A stretch of 20,000 nucleotides of DNA from an uncultured virus (IMG/VR IMGVR_UViG_3300021139_000004) (Duplodnaviria > Heunggongvirae > Uroviricota > Caudoviricetes): IMG/VR virus record IMGVR_UViG_3300021139_000004. One strand, 5' to 3'. The number at the start of each line of letters is the position of its first letter. Position 1 is the first letter of the stretch. Position numbers and translations under genes: made by a program. Shown here piece after piece: positions 12,728 to 20,000 of this stretch. The notes beneath the pieces are model-generated. The model searched no databases. It was not told the origin of the DNA and saw only the letters and a program-made list of their open reading frames with translations.

Positions 12728-13342
12728 ATGGCTATCACTAAAGAACAACTGACAAGCTTTTTTGAAGATACTGACGACGATGTAATAGAATCATTCGTCG
12801 ATCCACTTAATAAAGCTATGGATAAGTTTGAAATCAATAATACTAATCGTATCGCAATGTTCCTTGCTCAAGTAGGTCATGAATCCGGTGGTCTTACTAA
12901 GACAAGTGAAAATCTTAATTACAAGCCAGAGCGTCTAGCTCAGATCTTTCCTAAGTATTTTAGAGATGTAGATCCAAGCGAATACGCACATAACCCAGAA
13001 AAGATTGCTAATCGTGTATATGCTAATCGTATGGGCAACGGAGACGAAGAATCCGGTGACGGATACAAGTTTCGTGGTCGTGGTCTGATTCAGCTGACTG
13101 GTCGTTCTAACTACGAATCATTTGCTGAAGACGTAGGCATGGATGCTGATGCTGCAGTCGAATATCTAGCTACACCAGAGGGTGCTGCTATGTCAGCTGC
13201 ATGGTTCTGGGATCAACACGATCTCAACGAATATGCAGATAAGGGTGATACGTTGACAGTTACCAAGAGAATCAATGGTGGTACTATTGGTCTCGAAGAA
13301 CGTAAAGAACTCTACGAAGAAGCTCTGACTGTCTTCGCATAA
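12728..13342 (+). CDS. glycoside hydrolase family 19 endolysin
   Basis: GGGAG SD; AMFLAQVGHES, ENLNY, FRGRGLIQLTGRSNY, TKRINGG. Confidence 0.92.
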   Translation: MAITKEQLTSFFEDTDDDVIESFVDPLNKAMDKFEINNTNRIAMFLAQVGHESGGLTKTSENLNYKPERLAQIFPKYFRDVDPSEYAHNPEKIANRVYANRMGNGDEESGDGYKFRGRGLIQLTGRSNYESFAEDVGMDADAAVEYLATPEGAAMSAAWFWDQHDLNEYADKGDTLTVTKRINGGTIGLEERKELYEEALTVFA

Positions 13343-13346
13343 AGTA

Positions 13347-13376
13347 GTTTACAAGATTGTTGAAATGGGGTAATAT
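13347..13376 (+). promoter_or_regulatory. early-type promoter for gp43
   Basis: TTTACA (13348-13353), 17 nt, TAATAT (13371-13376). Confidence 0.65.
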
Positions 13377-13401
13377 AGAGATATGTTACCCCATTTTCTT
13401 T
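13363..13401 (+). terminator. intrinsic terminator overlapping the gp43 promoter
   Basis: AAATGGGGTAATATA-GAGA-TATGTTACCCCATTT followed by TCTTT. Confidence 0.75.
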
Positions 13402-13419
13402 GTCTAAATCGGAGTCCCG

Positions 13420-15966
13420 ATGCGTTTCTACACGAATGTCTATCTACGCGGAAATAAGATCTATACTCGTGGTTACCAAAACGGTAAGCGCTTTAAAGAA
13501 GAAGATCACTATCAGCCATACATCTTTGAATTCGTAGCCGGCCAGAGTTCTAAGTATAAGACTCTGAATGGTAGGGATGTCAAGCGCACAAACTTTCGTA
13601 GTATCAAAGATTGTCGCGACTACATCAAACAGATGGAGGGTGTAAAGGGTAAAGAACTATTTGGTCTTACACACTTTCAATATACGTACATCAACGATGA
13701 ATTTTCTGGTGATATAGAATACGATCCTTCACATATATCTGTAGTCAGCATCGATATCGAAACACCGACTGATCAGGGTTTTCCTGATCCTCAAGTCGCG
13801 AACGTTCCTATCAGCAATATCACGATTAGTAAGAACGGTAAGATCGTCGTTTTTGGTTGTGAGTACTATAAGACAAAAGCTGACAACGTCTATTACTTCA
13901 TGTGTAAAGACGAAGCTGAGATGCTTCAAAAGTTTCTTATGGTCTGGAACGATGATGACTGGTCACCCGACGTGTTGACTGGTTGGAACATCGACGGCTT
14001 CGACGTACCTTATCTGTACAATCGTATCAGCAAAGTTCTAAGCGAGAACGAGGCTCGTAAGCTGTCGCCTTGGCGTATGGTCGACGAGCGTGAGATCGTT
14101 CGTGGCAAGACTGGTGGTCAGAGCCTAAGCGATCGCACTGATAAGATCTATGAATTGGTTGGTATCTCTACTCTCGATTACATGCATCTGTATAAGAAGT
14201 TCTCGTTCACCAATCAAGAGAGCTATAAGCTAGATCATATCGCAAACGTGGTTCTTGGTGAGAACAAGTTGGACTATTCGGAGTTCAGTTCGCTCTATGA
14301 GTTCTATCAGAAAGACTATGAACGTTTCGTAGATTACAACATTCATGATACTGTTCTTGTCGAACGCCTAGAAGATAAGCTCGGTCTTATCAAGCAGGTA
14401 TTTGCTCTTGCTTACGATGCTAAAGTTAACTATAACGACGTTATGACGACTACTAAACCGTGGGATGTCATCATTCATAATTACTTGATGAATCAGAATA
14501 TCGTCGTTCCTTTCTTCAAACCGAGTCGAGAAGACTTTGATCTAGTCGGTGGCTATGTCAAAGAAGTTCAGACTGGTATGCATAAGTGGGTGGTGTCTTT
14601 TGACTTGAACTCACTCTATCCACATCTTATCATGCAGTACAACATCAGTCCTGAGACGTTCGTTGCTAGAACGACTGAAGGATTTCCGAGCATTGACGGA
14701 CTATTGACCGGCAAATATGACTTCAGCGCCCGGCATATTTCGCCCGATGATGGATTTTGCTGGGCGGCGAACGGATGCGCTTATAGAAAAGGAAAGCAGG
14801 GTTTCTTGCCAGCATTGATGGAAAAGATGTATGATGACCGTGTCATCTATAAAGAGATGATGCTCGAAGCTAAGAAGAGATACGAGAAGACGAAGTCTAA
14901 AGAAGACGAAAAGCTAATCGCTCGCTATCATAATCTTCAGCTAGCCAAAAAGATCCAGCTGAACTCAGCTTATGGCGCTCTTGGTAATCGATACTTCCGT
15001 TGGTTCTCTTTCGACAACGCTGAAGCCATCACTAAGTCTGGTCAGCTTTCGATTCGTTGGATCGAACGTAAGATGAACGAGTACATGAACAAGATCTGTA
15101 AGACTAATGGTGTAGATTACGTCGTAGCTTCCGATACAGATTCTATCTACGTAACGTTCAAGAATCTCATTCCAGATAACTGCGACGAAGTCGAAGCAGT
15201 CAAATTGATCGATAAGTTCTGTGAGACTAAGATCCAGTCTTATATCAATTCTTGTTATGATCAGCTCGCTGGCATGATGAATGCTTATCAGCAGAAGATG
15301 CAGATGAAGCGAGAGACTATTGCTAATAAGGGTATCTGGAAAGAAAAGAAGATGTATATCCTCAATGCTTGGAACATCGAGGGTGTGCAGTTTGATAAGC
15401 CTAAGTTGAAGATCTCGGGCATCGAAGCAGTTCGATCTTCTACTCCAAAGAAGTGTCGTGAAGCTATTAAGAATGCACTCGAAGTCTTGATGAATAAGAC
15501 TGAAACAGAGTTTCAAAAGTATATCGCTGACTTCAAAGTTCAGTTCATGGAGATGCCCTTCGAAGAAGTAGCGTTTCCTCGAGGCGTCAAGTTGTTTGGT
15601 TACAAGAGTGCAGCTAATGGTGGTGTATATAAGTTCGAGTACAAGCTCGATCAGAAATCATTGCCTATTCAGGTTCGCGGTGCTCTTCGATACAATGATA
15701 TGATCAAACGCATGGGACTCGAGAAGAAATACGATCTGATCAAAGAGGGCGATAAGATCAAGTTCGCTTATCTTATCACACCCAATCCAATAAGAGACAA
15801 TGTCATCGCAGCTCCTGAAATACTTCCAAAAGAGTTCAAGCTTGATACATACATAGATCGTAGTCTACAGTTCGAAAAGACTTTCTTAGATCCGCTCAAA
15901 GCTATCACTGAAGTCATTGGATGGAAAGTAGAAAAGACTGCGTCTCTTGAAAGTTACTTTTACTAA
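13420..15966 (+). CDS. 43: family B DNA polymerase, T4 gp43-like
   Basis: Exonuclease motifs DIET, GWNIDGFD, YNIHD; polymerase motifs SFDLNSLYP, KIQLNSAYG, DTDS; C-terminal clamp-binding SLESYF. Confidence 0.98.
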   Translation: MRFYTNVYLRGNKIYTRGYQNGKRFKEEDHYQPYIFEFVAGQSSKYKTLNGRDVKRTNFRSIKDCRDYIKQMEGVKGKELFGLTHFQYTYINDEFSGDIEYDPSHISVVSIDIETPTDQGFPDPQVANVPISNITISKNGKIVVFGCEYYKTKADNVYYFMCKDEAEMLQKFLMVWNDDDWSPDVLTGWNIDGFDVPYLYNRISKVLSENEARKLSPWRMVDEREIVRGKTGGQSLSDRTDKIYELVGISTLDYMHLYKKFSFTNQESYKLDHIANVVLGENKLDYSEFSSLYEFYQKDYERFVDYNIHDTVLVERLEDKLGLIKQVFALAYDAKVNYNDVMTTTKPWDVIIHNYLMNQNIVVPFFKPSREDFDLVGGYVKEVQTGMHKWVVSFDLNSLYPHLIMQYNISPETFVARTTEGFPSIDGLLTGKYDFSARHISPDDGFCWAANGCAYRKGKQGFLPALMEKMYDDRVIYKEMMLEAKKRYEKTKSKEDEKLIARYHNLQLAKKIQLNSAYGALGNRYFRWFSFDNAEAITKSGQLSIRWIERKMNEYMNKICKTNGVDYVVASDTDSIYVTFKNLIPDNCDEVEAVKLIDKFCETKIQSYINSCYDQLAGMMNAYQQKMQMKRETIANKGIWKEKKMYILNAWNIEGVQFDKPKLKISGIEAVRSSTPKKCREAIKNALEVLMNKTETEFQKYIADFKVQFMEMPFEEVAFPRGVKLFGYKSAANGGVYKFEYKLDQKSLPIQVRGALRYNDMIKRMGLEKKYDLIKEGDKIKFAYLITPNPIRDNVIAAPEILPKEFKLDTYIDRSLQFEKTFLDPLKAITEVIGWKVEKTASLESYFY

Positions 15967-15975
15967 GGGGTAGAT

Positions 15976-16194
15976 ATGGAAATCAACGAAGATTTTGACT
16001 TTGGTTTTACTCACGCATCGAGTGAAGAACTAGCCAAGGGTCAAGAAGATAAGCTTCAGGGATTGAGAGCGATGATCATGCCATTGCTCAATAATCTGAT
16101 GAAGAATCCAGAAAAAGATACGATCGTTTGGCCTGATCGTAAGAAAAAGATAGAAGCTTTTATTAAAAAAATGGATGCTTACATAGCAAAATAG
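15976..16194 (+). CDS. conserved hypothetical protein downstream of gp43
   Basis: DFDFGF...IMPLLNNLMKNPEKDTIVWPDR. Confidence 0.8.
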   Translation: MEINEDFDFGFTHASSEELAKGQEDKLQGLRAMIMPLLNNLMKNPEKDTIVWPDRKKKIEAFIKKMDAYIAK

Positions 16195-16223
16195 TGTACA
16201 ACGACTATTCAATGTGGTACTAT
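16194..16223 (+). promoter_or_regulatory. T4-type early promoter
   Basis: TGTACA (16195-16200), 17 nt, TACTAT preceded by GTGG. Confidence 0.7.
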
Positions 16224-16228
16224 ACAAT

Positions 16229-16789
16229 ATGTGCGTAAATTACTATGAAAACTTTGGTTTCTATCATATCACTAACTTCTTCTCTGAAGAAGAATATGCA
16301 TTGATGTTTGATGAACTTTCTTGGTTATGTGACGACGAACTACTTCTGAATCCTACTGATTCTGGTGGTAAGTCTTATGCTCGTACTAGTCGTGGATTGC
16401 CGATCGAATCTTTTATGCCAGCTTCAGATAGCTACATCATTCAAAAGATGAATAAGATGTGTGATCTTGATTTGAAGTTCGATCTGTCTAAGTATAAATC
16501 TACTCATCTTATCAATCACTATATGGGTGGTCAAAGATATGACTATCACACCGACGAGTGTGATTATACAGCTATCACCACTTTTTATAAAGATCCAAGA
16601 CCTTATTTGGGTGGCACTCTTGTTTTCTGGAAAGACAACGTAGAGATGACTATGGAAAAATTCTTATCGAGAGATTTGATTATTTTTCCAGGATCGCTTC
16701 ATCATAAAGTCACACCAATACAGATGCTCAAAAACAACGTAACTAATATGGACGCACGTATCAGCGTCAGCCGCTTCATGAAACTATAG
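16229..16789 (+). CDS. 2OG-Fe(II) oxygenase, prolyl-hydroxylase-like
   Basis: YDYHTD, YLGG, IIFPGSLHHKVTPI, RISVS. Confidence 0.85.
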   Translation: MCVNYYENFGFYHITNFFSEEEYALMFDELSWLCDDELLLNPTDSGGKSYARTSRGLPIESFMPASDSYIIQKMNKMCDLDLKFDLSKYKSTHLINHYMGGQRYDYHTDECDYTAITTFYKDPRPYLGGTLVFWKDNVEMTMEKFLSRDLIIFPGSLHHKVTPIQMLKNNVTNMDARISVSRFMKL

Positions 16790-16797
16790 GAGAACGC

Positions 16798-17838
16798 ATG
16801 TCACTCAGAGATAAATTGATTAAGAACAGCACGATCGATTGGACTTCTACACTTACTGATAGTAAGATCTTTACAAAGAAAGATATTATTCCTACACCAG
16901 TTCCAATGATCAACGTCGCGCTGTCTGGTACAGTCGATGGCGGTCTCACACCCGGCGTTACTATGTTGGCTGGTCCGTCTAAGCACTTTAAGACGGGTTT
17001 TGCTTTGTTGTTGGCTTCCTCTTTTCTAAAGAAGTACAAAGATGGCGTTATCCTTTTTTATGATAGTGAGTTTGGTACTCCTCAGTCTTATTTTCAAACG
17101 TTTGGTATTCCTTTTGATAGTGTTGTTCATACTCCCGTTACTGACGTAGAAGAACTTAAGTTTGACATCATGAGTCAACTTAAGAACATCGAGCGTGGTG
17201 AACACGTGATGATCGTGATCGACTCTATCGGTAACATCGCTTCTAAGAAAGAAGTAGACGATGCGCTTGAAGGCAAGTCAGTAGCTGATATGTCACGCGC
17301 TAAGCAGTTGAAGTCGTTGTTCCGTATGATTACGCCTCACCTGTCTCTTAAAGACATCCCTATGGCTGTCATCAATCATACGTACAAAGAGATCGCGATG
17401 TATCCTAAAGACATCGTATCTGGTGGAACTGGTTCTTATTATGGTGCAGACAATATTTGGATTCTTGGTCGTCAGCAAGACAAAGATGCAGACGGCATTC
17501 AGGGTTATCACTTCGTTATTAACGTCGAGAAGTCGCGTTACGTTAAAGAGAAGTCAAAAATACCTATTACAATTAGCTTCGAGGGTGGCATTAATCGTTG
17601 GTCTGGCTTGCTTGATGTGGCACTTGAGGGAGCCTACATCGTCAAACCAAAAGCCGGATGGTATGCTCTTGTCGACAGGGATACTGGAGAAGTAAAGCAA
17701 CCGTCTATGCGTGCATCTGATATCGTAGACAACAAAGAGTTCTGGATGAATATGTTCCAAGAGACTGACTTTGCAAAGTACATCGAAGCAAAGTATCGTA
17801 TGGCTACTGGCTCTATTATGGAAGAAACCGATGAGTAA
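16798..17838 (+). CDS. uvsX: UvsX RecA-like recombinase
   Basis: INVALSG, AGPSKHFKT, FYDSEFG, VIDSIGN, ADMSRAK. Confidence 0.97.
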   Translation: MSLRDKLIKNSTIDWTSTLTDSKIFTKKDIIPTPVPMINVALSGTVDGGLTPGVTMLAGPSKHFKTGFALLLASSFLKKYKDGVILFYDSEFGTPQSYFQTFGIPFDSVVHTPVTDVEELKFDIMSQLKNIERGEHVMIVIDSIGNIASKKEVDDALEGKSVADMSRAKQLKSLFRMITPHLSLKDIPMAVINHTYKEIAMYPKDIVSGGTGSYYGADNIWILGRQQDKDADGIQGYHFVINVEKSRYVKEKSKIPITISFEGGINRWSGLLDVALEGAYIVKPKAGWYALVDRDTGEVKQPSMRASDIVDNKEFWMNMFQETDFAKYIEAKYRMATGSIMEETDE

Positions 17839-18031
17839 AATTATTGACACTTACGTTTCAGACGATAAGACTAAGAAAGCAGAAATAGTTCTCAATCGAG
17901 ACGAGACTTTCTCTGTAAGTTTTTATAGAGACGACGTATTGGTAGAGACTCGAAAATATCCTGAAAACTCGATATATTATGCCGAACAAGTTGCAGAAAA
18001 CTATGTCATTGGTATATTGGATGTGTTATAA
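17831..18031 (+). CDS. small conserved hypothetical protein
   Basis: MSKIIDTYVSDD...YAEQVAENYVIG; ATG overlaps the end of uvsX. Confidence 0.7.
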   Translation: MSKIIDTYVSDDKTKKAEIVLNRDETFSVSFYRDDVLVETRKYPENSIYYAEQVAENYVIGILDVL

Positions 18032-18083
18032 TGTATCATAAACAGCCGAGTTCCGTTAAGTATGATTATAGTCAGGAGAAGAA

Positions 18084-19499
18084 ATGTCCATTGAAAACAC
18101 AATTTTCGCCAATTTGGTCTTCAATGAAGAGTATGCTCGTAAGACTATTCCGTTTCTTAAAGTAGATTATTTTGCAAATCATGCAGATCGTTGTCTCTTT
18201 GAACTCATCAGCGATTATGTAAATAAGTATAATGCTTTTCCATCCAAAGAAGCATTGGCTATCGATCTGTCTAATAAGTCTGGTGTAAGCGAACAGATCT
18301 TCAAAGAAGCCGTCGGTAAGATCGAGTCTTTGTCTAAAGACGATAATACACAACTCGATTGGCTTGTAGATCAGACTGAAAAGTTTTGTCAAGACAAAGC
18401 TGTCTATAACGCGATCATGAAATCCATTCAGATCTTAGACGATAAGACTGGAGCCAAGGGCGCTGGTGCTATTCCACAGATCTTGTCTGATGCATTGGCT
18501 GTATCTTTCGACACTCATATCGGTCACGACTTTATCGAAGATTCGGATGAACGATTTGAGTTCTATCACACTAAAGAAGTTCGTATTCCCTTCGATCTCG
18601 ACTTCTTTAATAAGATCACACAGGGTGGTCTACCACGCAAGACTTTGAATATATGTCTTGCTGGTACTGGTGTTGGTAAGTCTTTGTTTATGTGTCATGC
18701 TGCTGCAAGCAACATGATGGCAGGATATAATGTTTTGTATGTCACTATGGAAATGGCAGAAGAACGTATCTCTGAACGTATCGATGCTAATCTGTTGGAT
18801 GTACCACTAGATCAGTTGAAAGTGATTCCCAAAGACATCTACGAAAAGAAGATGAATAAGCTTCGCGAGAAAGTCAAGGGTAAACTGATCGTCAAAGAAT
18901 ATCCGACCGCATGTGCTGGTTCTGCAAACTTTCGTCATCTTTTAAACGAGCTAAAGTTAAAAAAGAAGTTCGTACCCGACATCATCTATATCGATTATCT
19001 AAACATCTGTATGTCTTCAAGGATTAAGCATGGAGCCCAAGTCAATTCTTATACCCTTATCAAGGCAATCGCAGAAGAGCTCAGAGGGTTGGCAGTCGAG
19101 TTCAATGTACCTGTCGTCTCTGCGACTCAAACAACTCGAAGCGGATATTCGAGCAGCGACTTGGAGTTGGGAGATACGTCAGAATCCTTTGGACTCCCAG
19201 CCACAGCTGATTTTATGTTTGGTATCTCCACGTCCGAAAAACTTGATGAACTCGGTCAGATCTTGGTTAAACAGCTCAAGAACCGCTATGGTGATCCTGG
19301 GATTAACCGTAGGTTCGTTGTTGGTATTGATCGTGCAAAAATGCGACTTTACGATTGCGAACAATCTGCTCAGGATGATCTTTTAGATGGTTCTGAATCG
19401 AAATCAGTTTTTGATAATAGTAAATTTGACGACGAAGATACAGAACGTAATAAGAAGGTAAGTAAGTTCGACAAAGCTAAGTTTGCGGGGTTCAAGTGA
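18084..19499 (+). CDS. 41: replicative helicase, T4 gp41-like
   Basis: LAGTGVGKS, TMEMAEE, IDYLNI, SATQTTRSG, SESFGLPATAD, QLKNRY. Confidence 0.98.
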   Translation: MSIENTIFANLVFNEEYARKTIPFLKVDYFANHADRCLFELISDYVNKYNAFPSKEALAIDLSNKSGVSEQIFKEAVGKIESLSKDDNTQLDWLVDQTEKFCQDKAVYNAIMKSIQILDDKTGAKGAGAIPQILSDALAVSFDTHIGHDFIEDSDERFEFYHTKEVRIPFDLDFFNKITQGGLPRKTLNICLAGTGVGKSLFMCHAAASNMMAGYNVLYVTMEMAEERISERIDANLLDVPLDQLKVIPKDIYEKKMNKLREKVKGKLIVKEYPTACAGSANFRHLLNELKLKKKFVPDIIYIDYLNICMSSRIKHGAQVNSYTLIKAIAEELRGLAVEFNVPVVSATQTTRSGYSSSDLELGDTSESFGLPATADFMFGISTSEKLDELGQILVKQLKNRYGDPGINRRFVVGIDRAKMRLYDCEQSAQDDLLDGSESKSVFDNSKFDDEDTERNKKVSKFDKAKFAGFK

Positions 19500-19999
19500 G
19501 AGATATTTTTGTAATCAGTGACACCCACTTCGGGCATGAGAACATTCTCAAGTTCGTTGATGATAAGGAACAGCCTCTTCGTGTATTCCATGACGTTCAT
19601 CATATGAACGAGCATATGGTTGAGTGCTGGAACAAAACTGTCAAGGATAATGACATCGTCTATCACCTTGGCGACGTTTACTTCGGTAAGGGTTATGAGA
19701 TGCTTTCTCGACTGCGTGGTCGTAAGCGACTGATATTGGGTAACCACGATGATGGTAAGTCTAAGTACCTACAGGAAACGTTCGGAAAGATCCTGATGTG
19801 GAGGGAGTTCAAAGAGTTCGATTGCATTCTAACTCACGTTCCTATCCACGAAAGTTCGTTATACAAGCGTAAGTATAATCTACACGGTCATGTTCATAAA
19901 GGCAGCCATCGTGGATTGATTGAAGATGAACGCTATGTAAACTGTTGCGTTGAAGTTCGTGATTATATGCCTGTTGCTATTGAGGAGCTAGTGAAATGA
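19496..19999 (+). CDS. calcineurin-like metallophosphoesterase
   Basis: SDTHFGH, HLGD, GNHD, THVP, HGHVH. Confidence 0.92.
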   Translation: MRDIFVISDTHFGHENILKFVDDKEQPLRVFHDVHHMNEHMVECWNKTVKDNDIVYHLGDVYFGKGYEMLSRLRGRKRLILGNHDDGKSKYLQETFGKILMWREFKEFDCILTHVPIHESSLYKRKYNLHGHVHKGSHRGLIEDERYVNCCVEVRDYMPVAIEELVK

Positions 20000-20000
20000 G

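Noticed and set aside
10941..13342. Holin in the lysis region
   Set aside because: No suitable TM protein between the spanins and the endolysin.
14965..15516. 183-aa minus-strand ORF
   Set aside because: Antisense shadow of gp43 with no motifs.
18027..18165. TATAAT and a short ORF from ATG 18031 overlapping gp41
   Set aside because: No convincing -35 or SD, and it overlaps the helicase out of frame. A middle-type promoter cannot be excluded.
13420..19499. Intein or intron in gp43, uvsX or gp41
   Set aside because: All are uninterrupted and of normal length.
1..20000. CRISPR array, IS element or integrase/att site
   Set aside because: No repeat-spacer periodicity or recombinase genes seen; the repeated sequences are tRNA motifs.

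Overview
20 kb of a T4-like (gp43/UvsX/gp41-type) myophage genome, AT-rich, almost all on the + strand. The host is most likely a Rhizobiales-type alphaproteobacterium: the tRNA-His lacks G-1 and has G1-U72/A73, and the window also carries a RopB/Omp25-like porin, a DUF1127 gene and a ROSE-like thermometer. The left half holds 15 CCA-encoding tRNAs interleaved with accessory genes: a BPL_N/GATase-like protein, a flavin halogenase-like protein, two 2OG-Fe(II) oxygenases, an autotransporter, a porin, a RimI-like GNAT, and a 42-aa ArfA-like ribosome rescue factor missed by the ORF track. The middle holds spanins, a small heat-shock protein, DUF1127 and a GH19 endolysin. The right holds gp43 polymerase, another 2OG oxygenase, UvsX, gp41 helicase and a metallophosphoesterase. 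The most interesting inferred system: three CDSs have stop codons that overlap or lie inside downstream tRNAs, so RNase P processing would leave non-stop mRNAs, and the same region encodes a pre-truncated ArfA-like factor that could release those proteins untagged. All family calls come from motif recognition by eye; no searches were run.
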